DNA of 64,000 bases from a virus: the IMG/VR virus record IMGVR_UViG_3300025154_000064, positions 24,975 to 88,974 of that record. The stretch is one strand, 5' to 3'. Under the pieces are notes generated by a model that had not been told where the DNA came from, searched no databases, and saw only the letters and a program-made list of their open reading frames with translations. Shown in pieces: positions 38,337 through 49,901 of this stretch; the first letter of the stretch is position 1, and each line of letters starts with the position of its first letter. The translations under genes and the position numbers were made by a program.

Positions 38337-39376
38337 ATCCCATATTCTCTCGAGAACTCAAAATCGCCAACGGTAAGCCGGACCATGAACCCAATGCGAG
38401 TAACTTCAGTTTCGCAGTCATCGCACTTAGCCGTGTGTATCCGCGGTTCGATCGTGGCGGTTGGAATAGCCTCTTTGATTTTAAGCAGCGCATCATATTG
38501 ATCTGCCGACAAATGTTCGGCATCTTCAACGTCAAACGAAACATCGTGGCGGTCATATTCATCTTCACCTTCGCACACATCGCTCTTGGTCAGTTTCTTG
38601 TAGCGATTAAAGACATCAAGAGGCGCGTAAACCTCAGCCCTGATCGCATCGATTATTTCCTGGTCCGGCAGGAAGCCGTCTTTGTATCGAAGCTTCTGGT
38701 TCTCGGTTCCGTTGGCTTCGACCCAGGCTTTGATCTGATTGACTTTGCGTTGTTCCTTAGCTATAGCTTCGGCCTTGAGAGCTTCCTGTTCGCGCTTGTA
38801 TTCTTCGGCGTTGGTTCTGATTTTTTTATCCCTGATCATTTGATCGATATTATCCTCAAGATTGAGCCAGAATGCAAGCGACTTTGCGTCTTCATATGCA
38901 TCTTTGATGTCTGCATTGTCTTTTACAAGATAGTCTAACAGTAGACCTTCATCGCTACGTCTGGGATTGTTCTGCAATCCAAGGACTTCTTTTACCGTGT
39001 CAGCATAACCGATATATGGCAGCTCCACACCCCACGTATCATAGTGCTTTGTTACTGTCTTTTCAGGTTGGCCTTTTGCCCATTCTTTGAATTTAGCAAT
39101 TGCCATTTCAGTTCGCTGTAAATCTTTTGCTTGTTGTTCTTTGGTGACGGAAATCTCAAAATCAAGGATTTGCCTCAGCGCATCTATATCTGGCTTTGAT
39201 ACAGGATGTGCCTTTGGCAGAACAAACATACCGTCTTTCAAATCGCTGCATTTAGCTAACGCCGCACGCTGCTCTTCGGTGAGATCTGCCGGGTTAAATT
39301 CAATAGTGTCTTCGCCCTGGTTGTCGAGCCCTTCCAGAAGCGCCGCCTTTGCCGATACGAAAATAATAGCTTTCAT
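38333..39376 (-). CDS. Hypothetical protein (about 347 aa)
   Basis: Long ORF; ATG 39376 has RBS GGAAGGA. Confidence 0.75.
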   Translation of the reverse strand: MKAIIFVSAKAALLEGLDNQGEDTIEFNPADLTEEQRAALAKCSDLKDGMFVLPKAHPVSKPDIDALRQILDFEISVTKEQQAKDLQRTEMAIAKFKEWAKGQPEKTVTKHYDTWGVELPYIGYADTVKEVLGLQNNPRRSDEGLLLDYLVKDNADIKDAYEDAKSLAFWLNLEDNIDQMIRDKKIRTNAEEYKREQEALKAEAIAKEQRKVNQIKAWVEANGTENQKLRYKDGFLPDQEIIDAIRAEVYAPLDVFNRYKKLTKSDVCEGEDEYDRHDVSFDVEDAEHLSADQYDALLKIKEAIPTATIEPRIHTAKCDDCETEVTRIGFMVRLTVGDFEFSREYGM

Positions 39377-39464
39377 GTGTGTGTTCCTTCCCGGCCATGC
39401 CGGATTGTTTGGTGTTGTGGTTACGGGTAGCCATGCTGCCCTGTTGAATAAAATAGTTGCCTTC

Positions 39465-39752
39465 TTAAAAATCGTCCGGGTGTTCATGGTCAGCTTTTGC
39501 GCGTTTGAACAGACCATCGATGGCGTAGGATGCTGACATTTCAATACCATCTGTTGTAAAGTCGTCTAACATTTCGATTGTGTCGTAAAGGTCCTGTGCG
39601 GCATCGAGCCAATCCTGCATCTTTTTCCACGGTTTTCCGTGATGGCTTAAAGCGGCTTTTGTTTGTTATAAATCGTATTCAAGACGGTTCCTGATTTGCT
39701 AAACCAGCCTCGCCCTAAGCTCTGCGCTGAATCCCTTCATGCTGTAATTCAT
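39465..39752 (-). pseudogene. Small gene interrupted by two in-frame stops
   Basis: Strong RBS GGGGAGGTGG, then MNYSMKGFSAELRARLV*QIRNRLEYDL*QTKAALSHH...DDF*. TAG at 39699-39701, TAA at 39666-39668. Confidence 0.5.
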
Positions 39753-39771
39753 CTTACCACCTCCCCAAGCG

Positions 39772-39966
39772 CTAAATGCACATCCCGTCAACAACCTTTG
39801 GTGCAGCTTCATCAGCGCAATATACGATAAGAAACGTTTTCTCTTTTCGGACATGGACTCTTTTCACGCCTGGATTGAAATCTTCGATATGAAGACACTC
39901 AAAACCACGGAAGTCAAAGCTGCGTTCAGCCGTATAATATTCACCTTTATTTTCCTGCTTAAACAT
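39772..39966 (-). CDS. Hypothetical protein
   Basis: Short ORF in operon. Confidence 0.5.
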   Translation of the reverse strand: MFKQENKGEYYTAERSFDFRGFECLHIEDFNPGVKRVHVRKEKTFLIVYCADEAAPKVVDGMCI

Positions 39967-39968
39967 AG

Positions 39969-40814
39969 TCACCACCCCATAGCCTTACCAACCCGGCGCC
40001 GAAGCATATCCGGCGTCGGGTGAATGTAAACGTTCACGATCGTATCCGGCTGGTCACCCAGTAGGAAGGCGATGTCCTTTATATCCATTCCGCCTTCATA
40101 ATGCAACCATGTAGCGACGTAATGCCGGAAGGTGTGGGGACCCCTCTCATCGGATCCATTCTTCAGGCCCAGGTAGGACAACATGTCCTTCACGATCTTC
40201 GCGCACTGGTCCTCTGACGGGAAGAGGCCGCCATCAACCCGGAGCAAAAGCTTTTCCATCAGCACCGCGGTCTCGGGCGAAAAGAAAACCGGCCGCGGCA
40301 CCGTCTTTGAATCGTTCAGCATGATCATTCGGGTTTCGATATTCACATCTTCGGCACGAATCAGCGACAGCTCTTTTATCCGGGCGCCGGTCTCAACCAG
40401 CAAGCGGACAAGGATCTTGTTGCGAAGGGTCTTGACGTAGCACTGAAGGGCCGCAAAGTCGTAGGCCAGGCACTTGGCAACGTCTTCCTCAGAAAACCAT
40501 CTGGCGAGGCTCTTGCGCTGGCTGTCCTTGCGTTCATCATGCGCGATCCGGAAGGAATAATCCGTTGGACACCCGAGCCACTTCAAAAAGTGTCTCACCG
40601 TCGTGAGACACAATTGAATTGAAGTGCCTTTCATGGTCTTCGACAGCTCGGTAGCGAAGGCGTGCATATCGAAGCTTTGGTCGATGATAATCCCGCCGGC
40701 GCGGCAATAATCTGAAAGTTTTTTGAGGGAGTTTTCGTAGCTCTTGAGTGTCTTGGTGCTGAGACTCTTCGTTTGGTTTATCGCTTCAAAGTACCGCTCT
40801 ATTTGCGGCATCAT
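39969..40814 (-). CDS. Second tyrosine recombinase (XerC/D-like, no arm-binding domain)
   Basis: ETGARIKE, SKT, PHTFRH, LLGD..VNVY. Confidence 0.9.
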   Translation of the reverse strand: MMPQIERYFEAINQTKSLSTKTLKSYENSLKKLSDYCRAGGIIIDQSFDMHAFATELSKTMKGTSIQLCLTTVRHFLKWLGCPTDYSFRIAHDERKDSQRKSLARWFSEEDVAKCLAYDFAALQCYVKTLRNKILVRLLVETGARIKELSLIRAEDVNIETRMIMLNDSKTVPRPVFFSPETAVLMEKLLLRVDGGLFPSEDQCAKIVKDMLSYLGLKNGSDERGPHTFRHYVATWLHYEGGMDIKDIAFLLGDQPDTIVNVYIHPTPDMLRRRVGKAMGW

Positions 40815-40989
40815 GTTTCACCTCTCTTCGTACCCCAAATTGTTCAGTTCTTCCCAGTGCTCTGCAACCCACCGTCTATGAAAAACCATCTCTTCGTCCG
40901 TTAAACTCACCGGATCAACGCCGTTGAGAGCATTTTCACAAACGCGATCAAACTTTTCATCCTCATAGCCGTATTCGTTCATCATACTT

Positions 40990-41463
40990 TTATCCTTTCT
41001 TCGCATCCATATTCAGCCGCGACTTTTGGACCGGCCTCGGACCCTTTGTGAACGTCTTGAACACATCCCCCGGGTCCAACCCCAGCGCGGTGACAAAGTT
41101 CCCAAGCTTCAGCTGGCACATCCAGCAAAACTTGGTGTCCTTGTTGATCTCGGTGGCGTTTGGGTCGACCGTCTTGTCGCAGAAATAGCACCCGGCGGCG
41201 GCTTCCTGGTAGATGTTATTCACCATGTCAAAGACCGGGTTCTCGGAATCATCGTCATAGTCGTCAAGGCCAAGGCCTTCCCTGACCTCAAGCTCGATCC
41301 AGTTGAAAAAGAAGTCCACAATCTTATCCCGGTCTTCCTTCTCAAGAGACCCCAGAAGAAACGTCACCTCGGCCAACTGCGCATCCTTCGCTGTAAGTTT
41401 CTTCGATGCAAGGACGTCTTCAAGTTTCACTACTTTCTTTTTTTCCAAAATATTCCTCCTCAT
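40990..41463 (-). CDS. Hypothetical zinc-finger protein
   Basis: CYFC..CWMC. Confidence 0.6.
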   Translation of the reverse strand: MRRNILEKKKVVKLEDVLASKKLTAKDAQLAEVTFLLGSLEKEDRDKIVDFFFNWIELEVREGLGLDDYDDDSENPVFDMVNNIYQEAAAGCYFCDKTVDPNATEINKDTKFCWMCQLKLGNFVTALGLDPGDVFKTFTKGPRPVQKSRLNMDAKKG

Positions 41464-41632
41464 TTTTAATCAATAAAAATCCATTGTCTATAAGCCATTT
41501 ATGGAACGTTTTTGCCGAATAGTGGCAGCCATCTTGTGATAAAAAAGATGGTATCCCTCGACATCTATCGTTTTTTAATGCAAAACAACCTATGGCTTTG
41601 CAAAATTCATGTTTTTGATATTCTCGATTCAT
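41420..41632 (-). CDS. Cys-rich hypothetical protein (paralog of 21019..21324)
   Basis: YQKHEFC..C..C..CHYSAKTFHKWLIDNGF. Confidence 0.55.
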   Translation of the reverse strand: MNREYQKHEFCKAIGCFALKNDRCRGIPSFLSQDGCHYSAKTFHKWLIDNGFLLIKNEEEYFGKKESSET

Positions 41633-41650
41633 TTTTTTTCCATCATACCA

Positions 41651-43330
41651 TCAAGCCACTTTCTTGAAAAGTTCCATCTGGCCGGTTGGTTTCTCTTCGT
41701 ATTCGATCTTGAACTGGTCCCCCTTGGGTGCGAATAGGGGACGCTTAACGTTCTGTTCATAGGATGCTTTCCCCTCGAACGCTTCGGCCACTGATCTCTC
41801 TTCGTGTGTTAATTCCATGAACGGTTTGGCGCCGTAGTCGCACGGCAGCCACCCTTTGCCCTTACAGGCAACGATATTGAACCGTCGCAGGATATCCTCG
41901 CTTTGGAATGTCAGGTGGATGGTCCCTTTCTTGTGGCAGGTGATCTTGAAATAGGTGCTCTCGATTCCAGATGACCGGCCGGCGGCAAGTTCACTTGCGA
42001 TGACATCGGTCATTGACAGGTATGAATCCATTCCATCAAAGTAACACATGACCGTGTCAATGTCGTGAAGCTTCCTGGTGACATCGTCGTAGGTCTTCAG
42101 CCGCCACTCACCATGCCAGTCGGTGAACGGACCGCTGCCGTCGGTGTTTTGCCATCCCATTGGGATAACCACCTTCTTGTTGATCTTAAAAGCGCTGTTC
42201 GTTTTCCACCCATTAAAATAGTGGATGTTCTTTTCGTATGCGTTCTGGTCGTTATAACCGTGCCGGGTGAACATGTCAAAAATATCAACGACAGCCTGGG
42301 TGAGAGTTTCTTCATAGGTGCCTATCAGGTTTAGCACAAAGTTCCGGATGTTATTTTCGGTGAAATCCATTTTTTCGCACTGTTCCAGCTTCGCATTGAA
42401 TTCGTCTCGCTTCTTTGAGGTGAGGCGCTTCCGGACTTCAGGTAGCTCCAGCGCTTCCCGCCAGAAATCCTTTCGGACGGCGACCAGCATTTCATTGACG
42501 AAGTGCTGCATCAACGCCGTCATATCTTTGGTGGCGGTAGAACACCTGCTCGGCTCTTTATTCAGCCAGATATATTTCCCGACCTTTCGGTAATTCTTGA
42601 AATAGTCAAGGAAGGTCTCGGTGCACTTCGCAATGATCTGGTTGTATTCGGCTACCAACTCGGGGATCTTCTTACCGGTTGAAACCTCGTGTTTTTCCTC
42701 GACGGTCTCTGAAAACTTTTCCGCCTCATCATCGCACCCCTTGAACAGGTCGTCTTCCAGCTTGCGATGAATCTTGATATCGATAAGCGCCACCTCGACA
42801 TCGGTGCGGCGCTCGGCGTCCCGGAATCCGCCGGCGATATATTCGATCTCTGCATCCAGTTCGGACAACTTATCAACGAGCATCTTCCGGGTGTTGGTGT
42901 GCGGGTTTCGCAGGGTCTCAGCGTTCAGCAGGCAAATGATCTGGCCGCGGTACATGATATCGATCGCCTTCAGCAGGTGCTTATCGCCATCCCGGAACGG
43001 GGGGTTCATAATGATCAGGTCGAACTTATCCTGACCGGCAAAGGTCAGAAAGTCCGAATCGATCACCTTGATATTTTTCCCCAAGAGGGTCGCTCTAAGG
43101 TCCGGGTCGATCTCGATAGCCGAAATCTTTTCGTACCGGTTGTTGTTGTACCTTGAATCTGCATTGAGCGCTTCGATCAGGTCACCCTTGCCGGCCGAAG
43201 GCTCAAGGATGTTGAGGTCGTGCTTATACGTCCCCTCAAACTTTTTTATTCTCGAAATCATCTTGCTGGCCAACAGCGGCGGCGTTGGCCAAAGATCCGA
43301 TACGCCGTAGGCGTTAATCACGTTTGTCAT
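41651..43330 (-). CDS. Amino-methyltransferase with DUF4942-like C-terminal domain
   Basis: WPTP, ILEPSAGKG, AIEID, IIMNPPF; C-terminal GWKTN..F.INKKV and KKGTIHLTF. Confidence 0.88.
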   Translation of the reverse strand: MTNVINAYGVSDLWPTPPLLASKMISRIKKFEGTYKHDLNILEPSAGKGDLIEALNADSRYNNNRYEKISAIEIDPDLRATLLGKNIKVIDSDFLTFAGQDKFDLIIMNPPFRDGDKHLLKAIDIMYRGQIICLLNAETLRNPHTNTRKMLVDKLSELDAEIEYIAGGFRDAERRTDVEVALIDIKIHRKLEDDLFKGCDDEAEKFSETVEEKHEVSTGKKIPELVAEYNQIIAKCTETFLDYFKNYRKVGKYIWLNKEPSRCSTATKDMTALMQHFVNEMLVAVRKDFWREALELPEVRKRLTSKKRDEFNAKLEQCEKMDFTENNIRNFVLNLIGTYEETLTQAVVDIFDMFTRHGYNDQNAYEKNIHYFNGWKTNSAFKINKKVVIPMGWQNTDGSGPFTDWHGEWRLKTYDDVTRKLHDIDTVMCYFDGMDSYLSMTDVIASELAAGRSSGIESTYFKITCHKKGTIHLTFQSEDILRRFNIVACKGKGWLPCDYGAKPFMELTHEERSVAEAFEGKASYEQNVKRPLFAPKGDQFKIEYEEKPTGQMELFKKVA

Positions 43331-44213
43331 ATATCAAATTCCACCTCTTCATAATTTTCTTCATCATATTCAAAGGCGTTGATACTATTCGGAACATAGG
43401 CCCAATCAATTACGAATGGGTTGTCTCTGAACCAATCGTTTAATCCATCTTCGGCACCACCAATTTCGTCTGTATCTACCAACATATGGACCATTACTTC
43501 TGAAACTATTCGCTTCGTCATCGTTCCCCCTTCCATTCCCATACCGGGACATCAATTTCATACCCTTCACCACATCCAGCGCCGGCAAAGCCGTATTTCC
43601 ACTTCCAGCATCGCACGGTGACGGTTTCATTGGTTGGTAACAGGTCGAGTGCCTGAGTCGATATCGACCCGGGCCCGCCGGAACATTCCACATACCTGTC
43701 ATCCCGAAAAGTCGAATGGTTGAATGTTATTTGCAGATCGTTATCCCTTCTTCCAATCGATCCACCAATAATTCCGATCGAACCTGGACGTTCACCCATG
43801 AACTCACCGGTTAGCCGGACGGCGTCGCCAGCCATTGGCCAGCGTCCCTCTGTTGGCGGCGGGTCGGCATAGGGTTTCTCTGGCGCCTGCACTTTCTTGA
43901 ACCGATAGACCCTGATTGAGACGACGTCGTTTGTCGTTCGCAGGCTTTCCTTGGCCTTGTCGATATCCTCCGGTGAGAGGCGGTCAATGTCTACGAGCAA
44001 GCCGAAGATTGCGCCGTCCTCGTAGAAATCACACAGGTATGGGATACCATTGACGTTATCTTCCGGATATATCTTGTAGCTCGTCACCTCAAGCCATGAT
44101 GCGCCGGCGCAGTGCGGGTATCGCTCTTTCCAATCGCCGTCCCAGAGGTTTGGGTGCGAGTCTACCTCGCAGTACTCATTGGTCTTTCGGTTTACTATCC
44201 AATATTTTGTCAT
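43327..44213 (-). CDS. Two hypothetical proteins (about 43327..43521 and 43518..44213)
   Basis: Coupled ORFs in the leftward operon. Confidence 0.55.
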
Positions 44214-44812
44214 GGTTTTATATCCTCAAAAATTACAGGTATGGCTTCCTTGAAATCCGATAACAGATCCAGCATCAGTGCTCGCATTTGCGGGTGAGCG
44301 GCCTTGCTGGTACGAAGTTTAAAGACGTGCCGCCACTCTCTTAGGTTCGCCGTCATAACGATCTCAGTCTTGAGCGCGTTCGGCAGGACCTCTCTGGCTT
44401 GCTCTGGTCTCCAGCCGCAACCTATAAACTGCTTATAGTGATATTCGTCCTCTTCACAAGCTTCTATGAAAATCTTTTGGCCAAGTCCGTCTTCTGGCAT
44501 AGAGTTCCACCACACCGGCCGGATGAATTCCATTTCCTTGCCGCCGTAGTTACAGTATCGAGTTGATTCCTGGCTGAAGCTCGCAAGGCGATGCCGTACC
44601 AACTCGTGTGTGACGCCGCGGTTTGTAATGATCCGGACCGAGGCGCTGACGTGCTCGATAACAGATTCGTGGCCTTTGTTCATAAGCATCCTGACGAAAC
44701 GTTCAGGATGCTGTGGCTCTGATTTGTAGCATGTGGCGCCGGCCCGCATTATGCGAACAAGCACGTTGCGCGGCTCGTCAACCCATTCCCATGATTGGTC
44801 TATAAGTTTCAA
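44210..44812 (-). CDS. thyX: Flavin-dependent thymidylate synthase
   Basis: GHESVIEH, THELVRHRLASFSQESTRY, EQAREVLP, NLREWRH. Confidence 0.97.
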   Translation of the reverse strand: MKLIDQSWEWVDEPRNVLVRIMRAGATCYKSEPQHPERFVRMLMNKGHESVIEHVSASVRIITNRGVTHELVRHRLASFSQESTRYCNYGGKEMEFIRPVWWNSMPEDGLGQKIFIEACEEDEYHYKQFIGCGWRPEQAREVLPNALKTEIVMTANLREWRHVFKLRTSKAAHPQMRALMLDLLSDFKEAIPVIFEDIKP

Positions 44813-47800
44813 ATTTCCACCTCCACCAGCTTGTTGATACTACCAAAGGCCTCAAGTACCTGCTCTTCGGTAACATCTTCAAAGTCAGCTGCATCATACT
44901 TTGATGAATAATAATCTATCACGGACTGGCTCGCCTCTTCCTCGGTGATGTATTCGATCAGCCATGCATCCAGTTCGATGTTGCGCTTGATCATTGTTTT
45001 GGCGTAAATGGCATCCGATAAATCCACAGCCACATAAAACCGGCCATGGATAAAATCGCCGTTCCAGGCCATTGTCCCAACAAGTGGCCGCGGCGCGTTG
45101 AAGATTGGCCAGCCGGCTGGGACGTCTTCAGGACGTGTGCCTATCACTCTTTTTCGGTTTACTTTCATGGTTCACCTCCAGGCGATCTATAATTCATCAA
45201 AATTTTCACGTCCGCCTCCACCTTCATTGCTTCGCGTAATCTGAATTCCTCGGCCACCCTTTGACATCAATGGCAAAATGTTTCCCAGGCACTTTATGAA
45301 TTGTATAAAAACTCCGGCGCCACTTTTCAGAATGAATCGCCGCTCATACAATCGCCCCAGCACCCACCTGCCGTCCTTGAAATTGATATACCCTTTCCAT
45401 ATGGCGTTCAACGTCGCCTCTTGCAACCTCTTCCCGGGACAGTCCGTTGGCAAGGTCCCCTCGTCTCCACCGCAGACCGTGCAGGACGCAAGGTCACCGC
45501 CGCAATATGGACACGACATCCTGCCGCATTGACATTTGAACCAAGTATGCTTCATGCCGTCACCTCGTCTTTCACCGGCCGGATCTGCTCTTCTGTACCA
45601 TCTTCGTAAACCCGGATAAGGCCCCCGTGGTCACCGGTACGATCGTAATCGGCCAACAGATCCGCCTCGTCTTCATATTGAACATTGCACAGCGCAGCAA
45701 TCTTTCCCGTTCGGGTTATCCCGAACCAGTAGCAGTTGTAACGGTAGCCTGATATTTTTTTCATAATTCCTCCCCGAGTAACTCAACCGCTTTCTTATAA
45801 ATCTCTTTTATCGTGGTCCACTTGACCGGAACCGATATGGTGTAAGACCCGGCCCCACGGCAATCTTCACAGTCCTCGCAATCGTCATACGGATCTTCCC
45901 CTGACCCGCCACAGTTACAACAGGTAACGGTCACCAGCTCTTTAAACTCTCCGATAAGCGCCGCCTTCGCGCCGTTTTCAGCCGTCAACCTATCCGGCAT
46001 TATTATTTTTTTCATAGTCACTCCCACATATGCCGGTATTCAACCGCCGGCGTGATCCACCAACATTCATCAAGTATCCGCCTGCACAGCAGATGCAGCT
46101 TTTCGAAATACCGCTGCTCTGACTCGATGATATATTTTCCCGTCCAACCGTCCCAAACTTCCCAACCACGACCAGAATTGATAACGCGGTCCATGTAATA
46201 ACAGTCATATTGAGAGTTTGGGTCAAACCCATATTCAATAAAACCGTCCACCTCTCCATCACAACAACAACTTGTCATTCCAGTGCGAAGAAGGCAGTCA
46301 CACATTTCGCAAACCGGAATCGAATCTGATTCCCCTGAGGATCCGTCACGGATGCTAAATTCAGCGTCGGAAGCACCTTGCTCGTTACACAGCGCGGCTA
46401 CCTTTTTCTTTGCGCAGTCGTAGCAATAACTTTCTGGCAACTCTTCGTAATCATCATTACGCTCGTCAACGATATAGTGTTCGTATCTTTCCTCTACCAT
46501 CGCCGATCCGGTTTCAAAGAACCATTCGAGCCGGACCCTTTCTGCTTCGGTTATCATTTGTTCACACCTCCGCCACTTCCAGAATGGTTTCGGCGTACCC
46601 TTTCGCCTCTCCCATTGTTGGAAAGTCACCGATAAGGTGGCACTCACCGACATCGGTATATTCATCCTCGTCTTCGTCGCACTCCTCGATTTGCAACCAC
46701 ACCCTATAAGTTTTCATCGCTAACCTCCTTCGCCACCCAGACATAGGCTTCCACCCAGTAGCCGTCTTTAACTTCCTCGACTTTGGCATCGTCGTAGATA
46801 ACCAGGTCTTCATCGGTATAGTTTTTTGCTTCTTCCAGGACCTTGTCCCGCTCGGGTCCGGCCGGCAGGAAGTTAGGTTTCGGTTGATCGCTAATCAGGG
46901 ATAAGACCCGTTTAATATCAGAACCGCTGCCCAACAATTTACCGGCTGCTTCCAGTATTGCTCGTGCATATCTCGGCGCCATTGGATATTTTAAAACTGG
47001 GTCGCAAACCCAAATTCGCCACTTGGGGGACAGTTCTTGCTCTAACGACTGGGTACTGATAAGGTCTTCAAGGCTGTAAGATTTGGTCACTTCATGCTGG
47101 ACGGCACTGGGTTCTGGCGGCTCAAACTCTTCCGGCCAGGTGCCGGTCTTGACCACTTTCGAGTCCGGGCTGGCGGCTATCGATACGAGACTGGAGATCT
47201 TGCCGCAATTGAGACAACTGATACCGTCTTCAATTTTGTATTCATCTTCTTCATCGTAGGATAAAGAAGACTTTTCATGGGCGCAGCCTTTGACGTCAAT
47301 AACGGCCTCATACATGACTGATTTTTTTGCACTGCGCGTAACCTCGAAGCGGCCATGACCGCAATTTGGACAATAAAAGATTTCTTCCACACTTCCCCCT
47401 TTCAGCTCGCCATCCGAGCTTCAGCCTCGCTCATCTGCTGACCTTTGCGGTAACCATGCAGAAAACACCCCTCATACTCATAGTGCTGAGCACGAAACAG
47501 TGCCAGATTCTTGCCAAGTTTTCCGTCGGAAACCCCAAGCATCACGCCTCGCTCGGTTGCCATTCTCATTTTTTCACGGTTAATTTGCATTTTACCCCCA
47601 TCCTCAGCCGTTCACGAGCCGCCTCTTTCTTCATGCGTGTCCGATCGGCCTTACCAAAGTTAAAAAACTCGTTATCGATTTGTTCATCCGTCATATCGAG
47701 ATGTGCTGGCCGCTTCTTTTTTATCTCGACCGGTGCAGGCCTAAACAGTTCGTTGAACAGGATGTTTTGGTTCCGGACGCTACGGCGCGTTTTCATCTGC

Positions 47801-48373
47801 GGTTTTTCCTTCGTGATGCCTTAGCCAGCTTGCGCTTCCGGCGCCGTTGGGGATCAAGCCTCTTCGAAAAATTCGCCATCGTCTTTCGAGGTGGTAACTC
47901 TCTTTGGACGGCCATGCCTGCTGCTAAAAGATATGACAGAAGTGCGCCGCCGTTCGTAAAGCTATCGAGAGTATAAGCTCGTTTCTGTATCCCTGTTTCA
48001 GATTTTTCAATATCAGCATTCATAATCCAAGTACTCCCCGTATCTCCTTAGCCTTTGCTCTCATACCAGCCTCAAAGCTTTTTTCAAGGCGCTGATCTAT
48101 GCTCTCCCTCATTACAGAGATATCGACATTTAGCAAAATCATAGTGTCGAGCCAGGCCTGAATACTCTCAAGGCTTGCTTCAGCTTCTATCATGTCTCGA
48201 AGATAGCGCCCTTCATCTGTATCCTTAAAAATCGTAATACCCAGTCCAAGAATACAGCCGCTACACCAATAGCAAGTCCTATTTTCTGAGATTGAATGCT
48301 CACCTGGTATTTTAAAAACCTTTAAGGCCGAACACCCCATGTTGCCGCTACCAATAACCACGTCATCCCACAT
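44809..48373 (-). other. Cluster of small leftward hypothetical early genes (44809..45168, 45187..45555, 45552..45764, 45761..46027, about 46018..46557, 46562..46717, 46704..47390, 47402..47569, 47566..47796, 47793..48023, 48020..48373)
   Basis: Tightly packed ORFs with overlapping stop/start codons and GGAGG-type RBSs; many CxxC motifs. Starts approximate. Confidence 0.6.
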
Positions 48374-48408
48374 ATCAAAACCCCCTCTTTTTTTTATTCC
48401 AGGCACTA

Positions 48409-48449
48409 TTTAAAATACAATATTGAACATAAGTCAATATAAAAATGAA
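48409..48449 (-). promoter_or_regulatory. Promoter/operator-like site similar to those at 25021 and 62749
   Basis: GTCAATATAAAAATGAA matches GTCAAGATAAAATTGAA at 15/17; -35 TTGACT. Confidence 0.45.
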
Positions 48450-48462
48450 TATAGATCAATTA

Positions 48463-49800
48463 TTATGCAAGACGCATCGGCATCACAAGAGCCTTCATCC
48501 CGTTCCCAGCGAAGCTGAAGGCGAACTCTTCACTGGTCAGCCCCATAGCAACCGTTTTTCCCATGGGCTTGATCGCATCGGTGATATAATTGACGTTCAG
48601 AGCAACATTGATATCCGGCTCAACAGCACCAGCCGCAATCGGAATGTCATACCGGTTACAGTCGCCGTTATATTCCGCCCTGCCACCAACAGAAATGGCG
48701 CCGCCAAACTTGAACTGGCCGCAAGCCGTCATCACGCCGACCTGCTCACACGCTGATCGCAGAAGTTTCGAATCGATACCGATATCGCTCTTGGCCGGCG
48801 CCAACAATTCTTCAAAATCAGGATAATCAAACCGGCAATTCTCAGTGTAAACCGTCATGCACCCATGGGTGAGCGCCGCCTCATCACCGCTCTTGGAAAC
48901 CATCACGGCGACATCCTTGTCCTTTGCAATGGCGGCCACCTTCGATACGGCCTTCCGGTCAATCAGAAGGTTGACCTCCGATGTAATGACTTTCGAAAGC
49001 AAGTGCAGCCTGGAACCATCTGTTGAGGCTATCCGGCCATTCTTCTGTTCGAAAAAGATGCCGACGATGTGCGCTCTCAAATCGTCAGTGGCGCTCATGG
49101 ACGGAACACTTACCCAGGCAAGCTCTGTTCCCGGGACCCTGACCGCTTCGGTCAGTGATTCCGGATAGGCATACTCTGGGAAATCTTCGGCTCGATCCAG
49201 CGGGATGTTCTTGAAATAGTTTCCAACCTTCAACTCATAGCCAACCGGGTTACCGCCGATCTCGGCCGGCGCGATATATTCCTCGGCCGTGAGCGTAATG
49301 AAGTCCTGATCGTCAGCCTTCAGAATCTTCCGAAGCAGCTCGGCATCCACCAGGAACATTTCGTCGATCTCCGCGACCGTCGGCTCTTCCTGCACATATC
49401 CGGTGGCGACCATGGTGGCCTTGTAAAGGTCGTGGTCAGCAAGGCACAATCCGAAGATGGCGTCCTTTCGATCCTGCTTGGTGGTGGCCGCGGCAACATC
49501 CGGCTTGTCCTTGAAGAGGTCGCTATCACATAGCGCCTTCAGGTCGACAGCCTTCATATCCAGCAGGCGTTTTCCGAAGTGCTCACCGATCACCGGCATC
49601 GGTGCCGGCTTGACCGTCACGGTTCGTTTGAAGTCGGTCATCTGCACAGCATATTCAGCCCTGGATGTGAGATCGGTGGCTACCACCTTCTGGCCGGCGC
49701 CATCGATAAGAATTCGAGCGCACGCCGGGATAGATTTTTGAGTGGTGAATTTCTTGACGGCCGTTACGGCTTCCAGCATTTCTTTTCTGTTAACTTGCAT
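48463..49800 (-). CDS. DNA polymerase III beta-clamp-like protein with an insertion
   Basis: MQVNRKEMLEAV, VVATDL, AEDFP, IASTDGSRLH, YPDFEELL, LNVNYITDAI, ALVMPMRL. Confidence 0.85.
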   Translation of the reverse strand: MQVNRKEMLEAVTAVKKFTTQKSIPACARILIDGAGQKVVATDLTSRAEYAVQMTDFKRTVTVKPAPMPVIGEHFGKRLLDMKAVDLKALCDSDLFKDKPDVAAATTKQDRKDAIFGLCLADHDLYKATMVATGYVQEEPTVAEIDEMFLVDAELLRKILKADDQDFITLTAEEYIAPAEIGGNPVGYELKVGNYFKNIPLDRAEDFPEYAYPESLTEAVRVPGTELAWVSVPSMSATDDLRAHIVGIFFEQKNGRIASTDGSRLHLLSKVITSEVNLLIDRKAVSKVAAIAKDKDVAVMVSKSGDEAALTHGCMTVYTENCRFDYPDFEELLAPAKSDIGIDSKLLRSACEQVGVMTACGQFKFGGAISVGGRAEYNGDCNRYDIPIAAGAVEPDINVALNVNYITDAIKPMGKTVAMGLTSEEFAFSFAGNGMKALVMPMRLA

Positions 49801-49901
49801 GTTACCCCCTATGAGTTATTGGTTATTGGTTCGATAAAACAAAAATACCCTCAAGGCCTACGCCTTACGGGTATTATTTTTTCATCGAACTAAATTTTTA
49901 C

